DNA of 64,000 bases from an uncultured Clostridium sp. (GTDB lineage Bacteria; Bacillota; Clostridia; TANB77; CAG-508). The stretch's first letter is position 1; each line of letters begins with the position of its first letter. The translations under genes and the position numbers were made by a program. The stretch is from NCBI GenBank assembly GCA_946497775.1, contig CAMMLS010000002.1:50653-114652 (forward strand). The letters run 5' to 3'. This document shows, piece after piece, positions 51,113-61,531 of this stretch. The notes below the pieces were generated by a model. That model was not told the DNA's origin and searched no databases. It was given only the letters and a program-made list of their open reading frames with translations.

Positions 51113-51781
51113 TTACAATTCTCTTTCATCTTTATTATCTAATTTCTTCGAAGTAAATTTTTTTAACGCCTCTTTTTTGTTTTCTAAAATTATTTTGTAT
51201 TCATATGTGTATTGCCCTATGTTTTTTAAGTAATCATTTTCACTAAAAATAATATTATAATCTGTTGCTTGCAATTTTTCTTGTATGGCATTTACGAAAT
51301 TTATATTATAACCATAATTAGCTTTTTTAAAAGCTACATTATCTTTATGTCTTTCGCAAAATTTTCTTGTTTCTTTTTCAACTAGCCCCTCTGTATAAAA
51401 ATTAGCCATTTCTTTTTCTAATTTATTCTCAAAGTTTATTTTATCTGGTTGTATAAAATAATGGAAACATTCATGTGGTAATATTTGTTTACAATTTTCT
51501 ATAATTTCATCCATAGTTTTAAAATTTCGTACATCAGGATAAAAGTGAATTTTCCCATCATTTAAAGCCCTTCCACCATGTGCCAATGTGTTATCTTTAA
51601 AGTGACTTGGACCTTGATTTACTATCACTATTTTTTTACTTTTAATTAAGTTATCTATAAGCTGTTTCTTTTCAAGACTCATGTATTTGTAATAATCACC
51701 TTTAATAAGTACTACAATTTTGTTTGCTTCTTCATTCAATTTTGTTTCTATATAATTATAATCTCTCATTTTTCTCTCCAA
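51113..51781 (-). CDS. hypothetical protein with an HExxH motif
   Basis: 222 aa with motif LPHECFHYF. Confidence 0.35.
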   Translation of the reverse strand: MERKMRDYNYIETKLNEEANKIVVLIKGDYYKYMSLEKKQLIDNLIKSKKIVIVNQGPSHFKDNTLAHGGRALNDGKIHFYPDVRNFKTMDEIIENCKQILPHECFHYFIQPDKINFENKLEKEMANFYTEGLVEKETRKFCERHKDNVAFKKANYGYNINFVNAIQEKLQATDYNIIFSENDYLKNIGQYTYEYKIILENKKEALKKFTSKKLDNKDEREL

Positions 51782-51890
51782 TTCAAACTTTAATTACTCA
51801 ATTTCTCTATACATTATCTTATCATAAAAGATAAAAAAATCATAGATTTAAGTATAAATCTATGATTTTCACAAACTTATAAAATTCTTA

Positions 51891-52448
51891 TTACATTAAT
51901 TTCTTTCCATCACTAAATGCTTGCCCTACTTTTTTTGTCACTTCGTAATAACCATGCATAAGTGGGTCATATGCAATGGTATTCATTTTTGAAATGTCTG
52001 GTTTTCCGTTTTCGTCTAGATATTTTTCATCAATTGATAAGTTTACTATTTCTCCAAGTACTCCATATTCTCCATCAATTTCTACGGCTTTACATTCCAT
52101 GCATATTGGATATTCTTCAATTATTGGTGCATTTACATGCTCACTTTTTATTGCGTGCATTCCTGTTTTTTCGAATTTATCTTTTACATTATTTCCAGAA
52201 ACAATTCCTAAATAATCTGATTCTACAATATGGTCTTTATCTGCTAATGATACAGTAAAGCATCCTGTTCTTTTTATGTTTTTTGCTGTTTTGTGTCCTT
52301 CGCTAATATTTAGTTTGATTTGTGTGTAATCATAAGCCATTCCCCATGCTGCATTCATTACATCAACACTCCCGTCTTCATTATAAGTTGCAATCATTAA
52401 AACTGGCATTGGAAATATTGCTGGTACAATTTTTAAATCTTTTCTCAT
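51891..52448 (-). CDS. flavin reductase-like FMN-binding split-barrel protein
   Basis: 185 aa, ...PVLMIATYNEDGSVDVMNAAWG.... Confidence 0.65.
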   Translation of the reverse strand: MRKDLKIVPAIFPMPVLMIATYNEDGSVDVMNAAWGMAYDYTQIKLNISEGHKTAKNIKRTGCFTVSLADKDHIVESDYLGIVSGNNVKDKFEKTGMHAIKSEHVNAPIIEEYPICMECKAVEIDGEYGVLGEIVNLSIDEKYLDENGKPDISKMNTIAYDPLMHGYYEVTKKVGQAFSDGKKLM

Positions 52449-52573
52449 TTTACATTCCTCCTATTATTTTATTATTTCCTAAATATTACTATATATTATT
52501 TCTACTTAAACACTCCAACTCCTTGAAGCTATGTTTCTACATGTTCAAGTGCTTCTTCCTTATTTTTTACTTA

Positions 52574-53392
52574 CTATTTGAATTCAACTCTAATGTTTCC
52601 TATTCCACCATTTATTTCAATACGATTTTTTCCATCTCCAAAAATTTGATTATCTTCCATTTCTTCTCCATCAATTTTTACTGAGCCAATTCCTTTTTTA
52701 GTTTTTATTCTGTAATTTTCTTTATCTCCTTCTAATGTAATATTTAAACTTCCAATACCAGCATCTATTTCACTTTCTCCTTCAAGCATGGCAGTTAGAT
52801 TTACTTCGCCTATTCCCATTCCTAAGTCTAAGTTGTTTATTGTTCCTGCAAGGATACTAACTTTTCCTGCTCCACCTTCAATATCACATTCTCTTGATAC
52901 TTTTAAATTTCTTATTTCTGTTTCTCCTGCACCTAATTCAAATGATAATTTTTGTGTATTTAAGTTGTCTATGCTAATCTTTCCTGCCCCAGTAGTTAGT
53001 TTTACTTCTTCGAATTTTAAATTTTCTGGTATGTATATAATTAAATCTAACTCTTCGTTATTAAAAAACCAATTATGTTTTTTCTCTTTTATTTCTAATT
53101 TTTCGTTATTTTGTTTTGCAGTAATATCTGTGTTATTTGTTTCAATACTTAATACATTACCTGTTTTTATAGTTAAGTTAGTATAATTTACATCAATTTC
53201 TAATGAATTAATATTTAAATCCTGAAATGTTAAATTTTGCATTTGGCTAATATTTATTTCATTATCATTTTTTAGTCCCAAAACTCCTGATAATGCAAAA
53301 AGCCCACCTAGTATTGTTGAAATAATAGTTACTATAAGAAATATTGCAAATGCTATTGCAAAATATTTTATTATTTTTTGAGCTGTTGTCAT
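52574..53392 (-). CDS. DUF4097-type beta-strand repeat protein (YvlB-like putative adhesin)
   Basis: N-terminal TM plus repeated GAGKISI/GIGEVNL/GIGSLNI beta-helix-like repeats. Confidence 0.6.
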   Translation of the reverse strand: MTTAQKIIKYFAIAFAIFLIVTIISTILGGLFALSGVLGLKNDNEINISQMQNLTFQDLNINSLEIDVNYTNLTIKTGNVLSIETNNTDITAKQNNEKLEIKEKKHNWFFNNEELDLIIYIPENLKFEEVKLTTGAGKISIDNLNTQKLSFELGAGETEIRNLKVSRECDIEGGAGKVSILAGTINNLDLGMGIGEVNLTAMLEGESEIDAGIGSLNITLEGDKENYRIKTKKGIGSVKIDGEEMEDNQIFGDGKNRIEINGGIGNIRVEFK

Positions 53393-54072
53393 TTTATTTC
53401 AACACCTCCAAATAGGCAAGTAGCATTAACATATATTGTATGAGCTTCTGCATTTTCTTTATATTTTCTGTCATCTGAAACTCCACCAAATATTGATGAT
53501 GACTTAACTTTTACTTTTAGATTTTCAGGTACATATATATCTATTCCTCCAAATATACTACTTGTATTTATAACAGTATCTGATTCTATAATTGCTTTTC
53601 TTAAATCGCATTTTACTCCTCCAAATACTGCTGTTAAGTCTGCCCCTGTAAATGTTTCTCCATCAAAATTTACATCCTGACCTGAAAAAGTTGCACAATA
53701 TTCATGTTCTTTATTTTTCTTTGAATTAAGTTCTTTTATTTTTTCATTTACTTTTCCGCCTATTGTATCTTTAAAAATCATTGATAGTCCAATTACTACT
53801 AATATTGTTGGTAATATTAATTTCCATAGTAAATTAAAATCTAATATATCTTGGCAAGCCAAAAGTAATGCTATTCCTATTAGTAAGCCTATAATGTTTC
53901 CCGTTTTTTCTCTTTCTTTAAATAATCCTATAAAGCATGGTATTATAATTATTAAAGTCCACCATCCATCAAAGAATATCTCTATATTTGTAATTCCTAG
54001 TGCATTTCCTCCAATTATTAAACCTAAAACAATTAGAACTAATCCCCATAATATATTTCTAAATTTTTTCAT
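53389..54072 (-). CDS. LiaF-like membrane protein (DUF2154 C-terminal domain)
   Basis: 4 TM helices plus C-terminal IFGGIDIYVPENLKVKVKSSSIFGGV. Confidence 0.6.
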   Translation of the reverse strand: MKKFRNILWGLVLIVLGLIIGGNALGITNIEIFFDGWWTLIIIIPCFIGLFKEREKTGNIIGLLIGIALLLACQDILDFNLLWKLILPTILVVIGLSMIFKDTIGGKVNEKIKELNSKKNKEHEYCATFSGQDVNFDGETFTGADLTAVFGGVKCDLRKAIIESDTVINTSSIFGGIDIYVPENLKVKVKSSSIFGGVSDDRKYKENAEAHTIYVNATCLFGGVEIK

Positions 54073-54164
54073 ACTTTTCCCCCTTATATGTATTTACAAT
54101 TTATAATCATATTAACATAAACTAAGGGAAATATCAATATTAAACTAACTTGTTTTATAATGTG

Positions 54165-55997
54165 CTATTTATTTTTCTTTGTATATTCTATTTCATATTT
54201 ATTTAATAACTCTTCAAATAATTCTATTGTAATCTTTCCCTGTTTTAAGGCTTCTTCTGCTGTTATCATATCTCCGTTTTTAAAATATAATTGCACATAT
54301 TTAGTTTTTTGATTTGGATAGTAATATTCATAATTTTCATCTTCATAAAATTTATATTCTCCATCTGCGATTCTGGATTTATCGAACTCTTCTAGCATGG
54401 TATAGTCTATTAATCTTGGTCCATCTGTTTCTTCTCTTTTTTCTAGTATATCGCTATTGTCTACTTTTAGAGCAAAATATGGATTTTCTGAATTTGCTTC
54501 TTGCATAAATAATATAAATGTATCTTGAAAAAAGCAATATCTTGGCTCGTTTGAAAATTCCAAATATTCAGTTACCATTGTGGATTTGCTAGATAGGTTG
54601 CAACCTTTTTCATTTAATGAAAAATTTACATTTTGTATTACTTCATAAATATAAAGTCCATTTGAATTTTTTATTTCTTTGCCATATAGTTCATTATAGC
54701 TAATCATTCCATTTATTTTTATGTATGGAACTCTTAACTCATCTTTTTCTGAAAAATTGGTATCTTCTTTATATGTATTTGATTTGTTTTTTATGTCTTG
54801 ATAATATTCGTCAAATGATTTTTTGTCATCTGTTCTATAAAGTATTATTTCGTCACCTTCTTTGGTGTTTAGTTTTATTGCAAAATCATTACTAAGCCAA
54901 GGGGTGTCTTGCATTCTATTATAGAAAAGTATTTCCACATTTTTATTCATCTTTTCTGGGCTAGCATTATTTATTCCAAAATATTTAATAAATTCGTCTC
55001 CATCTCCAAATTTCCATGCATAATCATCACTAAAATTATCAAATGATTCTAAGAAATGTAGTTCTTTATTTAGTGTAGCATCTATTTTGTATCCATTTGT
55101 AAGTGTCCTTTCTACATTTATATTATAATCTTCTGAGTCTAGCATTTCTTTTGTAAAGGTGCTTGAATTTAAGTCGTTTGCAATTTGTAAATTTTCGCCT
55201 CCTAATTCTATTTTATCTTTTCCTAGTTTTTCTTCTAAATCTTTCCATGCTAAATCTAATGTGCCAACCCATAAATTATTTATGGTGTTTTCATCTAGTG
55301 TGCTTTGATATGTCGGATTCATTGTTAAGGTGCTGAATTGTTTATAAATTTGTGTTACTGCATAAACTATTCCGCTTAAAGCAACAGTTGCAACTATTAG
55401 AATAATTACTACTTTTGATACTTTATTCATTCTATCAAATCCTTTCTTTAGCAGGATTTTTCTTAATTGCTTTTTCCCTCTATGTACAAGTGTTTTTGTA
55501 TTTTGGAGAGTTTGTCCTAATATTTTAGATGTTTCTTCATATGATAGTCCTTCAATATTTACTAAGTATATAGCATTTTTATATTTATCATCTAATTCTT
55601 CTATTGCAATTAGTAACTCTTTTTTAGTTTCTTCTCTTGTTATAATTTCTAGAATATCCTCGTCAGTTCTTTCATTGTCGTTTAAAATGTATTGTTCATT
55701 AATCTCGTTTCTTCTTTTTTCTACATTTATTTCATTGTAAGCTTTGCTTTTTGCAACTAGATATATGTAATATTTAAAAGAACTATTTTCACGTATTTTA
55801 TTCTTCATAATATATATAAAAGTTTCTTGTGTTAAGTCTTCTGCTTTTTCATAGTCTTTTACTATGTTAAAAATAAAATATTTAATTCTATTTTTATATT
55901 TGTTATAAAGATATTCAAAGGCTTGTTTTTCTCCGTTTAAATAATCATTATATAATTTTTTATCTAAATCTCTCTCCATTTTTCTACCTGCTTTCAT
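54165..55997 (-). CDS. ECF sigma factor fused in one polypeptide to a TM helix and a ~400-aa extracytoplasmic domain
   Basis: Sigma region 2 (…AEDLTQETFIYIMKN) and region 4 (LSYEETSKILGQTLQNTKTLVHRGKKQLRK), then a VVIILIVATVALSGIVYAV TM helix, then a large C-terminal domain. Confidence 0.65.
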   Translation of the reverse strand: MKAGRKMERDLDKKLYNDYLNGEKQAFEYLYNKYKNRIKYFIFNIVKDYEKAEDLTQETFIYIMKNKIRENSSFKYYIYLVAKSKAYNEINVEKRRNEINEQYILNDNERTDEDILEIITREETKKELLIAIEELDDKYKNAIYLVNIEGLSYEETSKILGQTLQNTKTLVHRGKKQLRKILLKKGFDRMNKVSKVVIILIVATVALSGIVYAVTQIYKQFSTLTMNPTYQSTLDENTINNLWVGTLDLAWKDLEEKLGKDKIELGGENLQIANDLNSSTFTKEMLDSEDYNINVERTLTNGYKIDATLNKELHFLESFDNFSDDYAWKFGDGDEFIKYFGINNASPEKMNKNVEILFYNRMQDTPWLSNDFAIKLNTKEGDEIILYRTDDKKSFDEYYQDIKNKSNTYKEDTNFSEKDELRVPYIKINGMISYNELYGKEIKNSNGLYIYEVIQNVNFSLNEKGCNLSSKSTMVTEYLEFSNEPRYCFFQDTFILFMQEANSENPYFALKVDNSDILEKREETDGPRLIDYTMLEEFDKSRIADGEYKFYEDENYEYYYPNQKTKYVQLYFKNGDMITAEEALKQGKITIELFEELLNKYEIEYTKKNK

Positions 55998-56033
55998 AGA
56001 TATATAACAGTAACTATGAAAAAAGTTTCAATT

Positions 56034-57128
56034 TTATATCTTATCTGGTAATTCTATATAAAATTCTATAAATTCGTTATCATTTTTAGCATATATTGTT
56101 CCACCATGTAATTCGATTATTTGTTTTGTAATTGCTAGTCCTAATCCTGAGCCTCCTGTGCTAGTGGTTCTTGATTCATCTGCTCTATAAAATTTATCGA
56201 ATATTTTTTCTAGTTTGTATTCTGGTATTTTGTCTCCTTTGTTTTTGAATATGATTTTTATTTTATTTTCATCTTCTTTTACTTCTATTTGTATATTTGT
56301 GCTTTCATAGCTGTAACTAATTGCATTTTTTAGTAAGTTTCCAAATGCTCTTGCAAGTTTGTCTCCATCTCCTAGAAATGGGATTGTTTTTGGTGTATTT
56401 AATAAACATTTTAAGTTTTTTTCTTGTAGCATTGGATAAGATTCTTCTATAAGTTGTTCTAATAGAAATACTAAATCTATATTTTGTTTTGTTATAGGCA
56501 TTGATTGTAGATTATATCTTGTTATATCAAAAAACTGATTTGTTAATTCTTCTACTCTTAATGCTTTTTTTAATGCTATGTTTATATATTTTTCTTGTAA
56601 ATCTTTTGGTATTTCTTTTTCGTCTGTAAGCAATGTTAAATATCCAATTATAGATGTAAGTGGTGTTTTTAAGTCGTGTGCCATATACATAATTAAATCA
56701 TTCTTTTTTTGCAGTGCTTCTTTTGCTTTGTTTTGGTTTGATATTAAATCTACTCTTATATTATTTAGTCTATTTTCTAAAATTACTAAATTATCTGATA
56801 GTTTTACTTGTTTTTCTGGATTTTTTAATATTTCGTCCATTGCAGATATTATTTCTACCATGTTATTATTAGAATTTCTTATAACTATATATGAAATAAT
56901 TACAAAAATAAATAAATATGTTAATCCTATTAATAATATTTTATTTGCTACACACCAATGATACAAGTTATAATTAAAATTTGCTATACTCTCTGCTAAT
57001 TCGTCATTGTATATGCCATCTATTAATATAGATACAATTATAGAGGCTATTACGCTATATATTATTATTTTAACAATTGCTTTAATTGCTAAACTACTTT
57101 TTAACTTTTCAAATTCTTCATTTTTCAA
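56034..57128 (-). CDS. sensor histidine kinase
   Basis: H-box HDLKTPLTSIIGY; G-boxes in the HATPase domain. Confidence 0.85.
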   Translation of the reverse strand: MKNEEFEKLKSSLAIKAIVKIIIYSVIASIIVSILIDGIYNDELAESIANFNYNLYHWCVANKILLIGLTYLFIFVIISYIVIRNSNNNMVEIISAMDEILKNPEKQVKLSDNLVILENRLNNIRVDLISNQNKAKEALQKKNDLIMYMAHDLKTPLTSIIGYLTLLTDEKEIPKDLQEKYINIALKKALRVEELTNQFFDITRYNLQSMPITKQNIDLVFLLEQLIEESYPMLQEKNLKCLLNTPKTIPFLGDGDKLARAFGNLLKNAISYSYESTNIQIEVKEDENKIKIIFKNKGDKIPEYKLEKIFDKFYRADESRTTSTGGSGLGLAITKQIIELHGGTIYAKNDNEFIEFYIELPDKI

Positions 57129-57801
57129 TTTTATATCCCACTCCCCATACTGTTTTAATAAATTTTGGATTTCTGGTATCTTCTTTTAATTTTTCTCTTA
57201 TTCTTCTTATATGAACCATTACTGTGTTATTATTGTCTAGATATTTTTCTTTCCATACTTTTTCAAATAGCTCCTCTGAACTTACTACTTTTCCTTTGTT
57301 ATTTGCTAAATATAGTAATATATCAAATTCTAATGGAGTAAGTTCAACTTCTTTATCATATAATAAGCATTTATGAGTTTGTTTATTTATTTCTAGTCCA
57401 TCTATATATATGCTTTCTTCTTCTCTTTTTTCATTGTATTTCGTGTATCTTCTAATTGCTGATTTTACTCTTGCAACTAATTCAAGTGGATTAAATGGTT
57501 TGGTAATATAATCATCTGCTCCTAGGGTTAATCCTGTTATTTTATCTTTGTCTTCTATTTTTGCAGTAAGCATAATTACTGGAAAATTTAGATTCTTTTC
57601 TCTTATATATTTACAAATTTCAAATCCATCTTTCCCTGCAATCATTACATCTAATATTGCTAAGTCTAGTTTTGTAGTATTTATACAATTTATTGCTTCT
57701 TCGGAAGTATAGAATTTATATACATTATAGTTTTCATTTTTTAGATATAGCTCAACTAAATCTGCTATTTCTTTTTCATCATCTAATACTAAAATATCCA
57801 T
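57118..57801 (-). CDS. OmpR-family response regulator
   Basis: REC domain (LVLDDE...LDVMIAGKDG) plus a winged-helix C-terminus. Confidence 0.9.
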   Translation of the reverse strand: MDILVLDDEKEIADLVELYLKNENYNVYKFYTSEEAINCINTTKLDLAILDVMIAGKDGFEICKYIREKNLNFPVIMLTAKIEDKDKITGLTLGADDYITKPFNPLELVARVKSAIRRYTKYNEKREEESIYIDGLEINKQTHKCLLYDKEVELTPLEFDILLYLANNKGKVVSSEELFEKVWKEKYLDNNNTVMVHIRRIREKLKEDTRNPKFIKTVWGVGYKIEK

Positions 57802-57960
57802 GTTTTCCCTTCTTTCGTTTAGATTATAGCATATTTATATGTATTTTTCATTCTTTATTTGCAATGTAAGGAAAATTTAAGATTTTGTTAATTCTTTCTT
57901 AAAACTCTTTTTGCTTTTTATTTGTATAATAAAGCTAGATTTTAAGGAGTTGATTTATAA

Positions 57961-58717
57961 ATGGCAAAAAAAATGAAAAAATTAAGTATAAAAAAAATTA
58001 TATTGTTTTTGTTTATTATAATTTTTATAGTTTATTTCATGGATAAAAATCAAATGTTTGAAAATTTCGAATATATTAAGATTGATAAACCTTCTAGTTA
58101 TAAGACAATTAAATTAGACGAAAACAAAAATTATTTAGGAATTGGTCAAGAAAAGGTGAAGAATAAAGATGGATATTTTACCACTTTTACAACTGATGGA
58201 AAATATCAAAAAACATATATAGAATATAAACAAAATGGTGATTCTTCTTGGAGTCAAAAACAATATTGGGGTTCTACTATGGCAGAAAAAGGATGTGGCA
58301 TAACTGTTATGTCTATTATACTGAGTGGTTATGGTAAAAATTATACTCCTGAAAATTTAAGAGAAAAATACTATCCAGTAATGAATTATGAAAATTTATC
58401 TAACGAATTATATGAAACATTTGGAATAAAAAATTCCGATTTTTATTATGATTCTGTACATTTGTCTAATAAGTCTATAATTGAGCATTTAAAATCTGAT
58501 AGGCCAATTATTGTATGTGTCTGGGATAAGCCAACTGATAATAGATGGACAACCGCTTCTCATTATATGGTTTTACTTGCCACTGATGATAATAATATGG
58601 TTTATGTTTCAAATCCAAATCGGTGGCGAAAATGATAGTAAAAGTTCTGGTTGGTATGATATTGATGAGATTTCTCCTTATATTGCTAAGGCTTTATATA
58701 TTCAAAGTTATAAGTAA
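57961..58717 (+). CDS. membrane-anchored C39-like papain-fold cysteine peptidase, frameshifted near 58628-58635
   Basis: Catalytic segment EKGCGITVMSIIL and C-terminal His (HYMVLL). ORF1 ends ...YVSNPNRWRK*; the alternative frame continues GGENDSKSSGWYDIDEISPYIAKALYIQSYK. Confidence 0.55.
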
Positions 58718-58914
58718 TAATTACTTGTCTGTATCTAATGCTGAAAGTGTAGCAAGTGTATCTCCGAAGTTGTGTAAAAAGGGCTGATAATATATTTAAT
58801 TCTTCCGGGGTTTTATCTTTTGCAATACTACATGCTAAAATAGAAATAAAAGTTACAAATTCACAATTTTTCATATATTAATACCTCATATTATTATATG
58901 AAAAATTGTGAATT

Positions 58915-59889
58915 TTAGTTCATATAATTTATTTGTTGCTTTTCAATTAAATTATAAATAGATAATTCATTTTTACTTTTTTCTTTTTCTGTCATTTTTA
59001 TTGCTGTAATCTGGCTATTTGTATATGTTTTATAATAATATATTCCTTTACTTGTATTCATGCAACAAGAATACGTAGTAATATCGCTTTTATTTTCTTC
59101 GGTAATTGTTGAACCTTGAACCATTGTAACAGAATCTAATATATGAAAAAATTGGGTTACTGAGCTTTCTTCATCTTCTTTTGAACGTGAATTTAATTTA
59201 TTAAATGCTGCTCTTATAAATCTTGATGCTGACGAATTATCTCCTGGCAAACCTATTGCTCCCATCCCTTGGCAATATTGTAATAAATTAATTCTATTTG
59301 AAAATTTGCTTTTTTCATAATATGGAGACAAATTACTATAATTATTTATATTCATTAGATGATAGTAAAATGGTGGATTGTTTGTAAGAACCCCTATTGG
59401 ATTATCGTATATTTTTAGTCCGTCTTTCATTTGTTCTACTACTATGCATTGTTTTCCGTCGCTCATCATCCAATGAAGGTCTGTTATTGGTAGATTTTTT
59501 GCAAATGGTATGTTTGTAATATTTAAATTTTGAATAATTAGCTTTATTTCTTCTATGCTTGAATATAAGCCTAAAAAATATGGAATTAGTTCATAAGGTG
59601 CCAAATTTAGTTTTGAGTTATTCTCGTTAAAAAAGTATGCATTTTTAGGGAAATATAATCCTGCTATTGATAATCCTTTTTCATTTGTAGCTTCTGCATA
59701 TAAAGGATAATTGTTAATTACTGTTGCCATTCCTATTATAGAATATTTAGTATTGATTATATTTCCGTTTTTTAATTTAAACTCGTAATTTCTTGGTGTT
59801 ATTACAACTTTTTCATTAAATCTATATTCTAAATCAAGTGTTCTACCAAAATAATTATCTTTGGTTTTAAAATCTATACATGTACACAT
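58915..59889 (-). CDS. choloylglycine hydrolase / linear amide C-N hydrolase (Ntn hydrolase; bile-salt-hydrolase family)
   Basis: N-terminal MCTCIDFK (Cys2 nucleophile) plus family-typical motifs. Confidence 0.8.
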   Translation of the reverse strand: MCTCIDFKTKDNYFGRTLDLEYRFNEKVVITPRNYEFKLKNGNIINTKYSIIGMATVINNYPLYAEATNEKGLSIAGLYFPKNAYFFNENNSKLNLAPYELIPYFLGLYSSIEEIKLIIQNLNITNIPFAKNLPITDLHWMMSDGKQCIVVEQMKDGLKIYDNPIGVLTNNPPFYYHLMNINNYSNLSPYYEKSKFSNRINLLQYCQGMGAIGLPGDNSSASRFIRAAFNKLNSRSKEDEESSVTQFFHILDSVTMVQGSTITEENKSDITTYSCCMNTSKGIYYYKTYTNSQITAIKMTEKEKSKNELSIYNLIEKQQINYMN

Positions 59890-59952
59890 ATTAAATTTCC
59901 TTTCTTTTTTAGTTAAATACAGAAAAATACTAGTCATGTAAATTTAGTTAAA

Positions 59953-61530
59953 TTATATTCTTAATTTAAATGTTTTTGGAGCATATTTATATGCAATAAA
60001 CAAAGATATTATGCTATATGCAATGCAGAATATAATCATTGCAATTCCAAATGGTAGTGTTGCTAGCTTTATTTGTATCATGTACCAGCTTACAAAATAT
60101 GTTAAACCTTGAACTACCCTATAAGTACTACTTTTCATTTCTGTATTCACATTATAAGGTTGTAACAAATAATACATTACTAAATAATGAACAGAAAAGA
60201 AAATGCTCATTGCTATAATTGAGAAAAATAATACAAAATAGTTTAATACATTACTTGTGCCACCTGTAATATATAATAATATTGCTAGGCCTCCTCCAAT
60301 TATTAAAGATGGTATCATATTTATTTTTATTAGTGTTTTTAATCTTTCTTTAAATATACCTAATATTACTTTTGGTGTTCTATATATTCTATATGTTAGC
60401 ATACTATGATCACAGTTCATAAACATTGCTTGGGTAAGCGTAGTTCCCCTATTTAATATATACATAATAAATACAAAATATGGTAGATATGATAAAAGTA
60501 ATTCATTTGTTTTAACTTTAAAATCGTTATTTATAGAAACACCAATTATTATAACAATTAAAATTAAAAGTATTACAACACTTTGTTTTTTTACAGCTTC
60601 GGTTAAAATCTTTTTATGTCTTTTTACAAATAAATCATGAAAATATGCAAATCCAGACTTATTACTTGTATAGTTTTTGTCTAACTCTATTTGTTTTAAG
60701 CTATTTTCTTTTATAACTTCTGTTGATGATTGGTTACTAACCATATATACATTTTTTTCAGTTAATAATTGTTTATACATTATTTTATAATCATTAAATT
60801 TGTTTATAGTTATAAAGCTATATATTCCTAATAATAAACTGATTATAAAAATCACTATAAAAATAGTAGAGTTTATTGTTATATTTAGCGCTGGTAGTCC
60901 ATAACTTATTAATACTAAAATAGCTATTGCAGTCCATAAAATTTTTGTAGGTAAATTTTCATTTTTAGCCTTTCTAGTTTTTTGAAAATCTTTTATGCAA
61001 TAACAACTAAATATTAATTTTGCCATTACTACAAAAATTGGAAGTATTAAACAAATCCATAATGGTAGACCTGCAATTGTTCCAAATATTATAGTAAATG
61101 GTAAAAATCCTATAATTAATTTTATTAATTGATAATAGTAATTTGACAATGTATATTTTTTTGCATTCATGTTCATAATTACCATTGCATAATATTTATC
61201 TTTGGTTGGATTAAACATATACGTGTTTAATAATCCACCACACACTGTTAGAAAAGTAAAAATATGTAGGAATGTATCTGCACTATTAGTTTTGTATAAT
61301 TGTAACATTGCAAAAATCATTAATAAAACATATAAAAACTTGCCTATAAATATATTAAATATCTCTATTAGTATGCTAATTATATTTGCAAAGATTTTCA
61401 ATCCCTTGCTTTTATATAAACTATTTGGTAATAATTTTTTTATAATGGGAAGTTGCTTTATAGAATAAATAATACTATTTACTCTATATGTATTTTTCAA
61501 TTTGAATGATATTACAAATGATTCTAGCAT
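59953..61530 (-). CDS. large polytopic ABC-type permease
   Basis: 525 aa with more than 10 TM helices; 2-bp gap from the ABC ATPase gene. Confidence 0.5.
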   Translation of the reverse strand: MLESFVISFKLKNTYRVNSIIYSIKQLPIIKKLLPNSLYKSKGLKIFANIISILIEIFNIFIGKFLYVLLMIFAMLQLYKTNSADTFLHIFTFLTVCGGLLNTYMFNPTKDKYYAMVIMNMNAKKYTLSNYYYQLIKLIIGFLPFTIIFGTIAGLPLWICLILPIFVVMAKLIFSCYCIKDFQKTRKAKNENLPTKILWTAIAILVLISYGLPALNITINSTIFIVIFIISLLLGIYSFITINKFNDYKIMYKQLLTEKNVYMVSNQSSTEVIKENSLKQIELDKNYTSNKSGFAYFHDLFVKRHKKILTEAVKKQSVVILLILIVIIIGVSINNDFKVKTNELLLSYLPYFVFIMYILNRGTTLTQAMFMNCDHSMLTYRIYRTPKVILGIFKERLKTLIKINMIPSLIIGGGLAILLYITGGTSNVLNYFVLFFSIIAMSIFFSVHYLVMYYLLQPYNVNTEMKSSTYRVVQGLTYFVSWYMIQIKLATLPFGIAMIIFCIAYSIISLFIAYKYAPKTFKLRI

Positions 61531-61531
61531 T

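Noticed and set aside
58686-58874. Minus-strand 62-aa ORF between the C39-like peptidase and the Ntn hydrolase
   Set aside because: No RBS and no family resemblance; the region is more likely terminator/intergenic.
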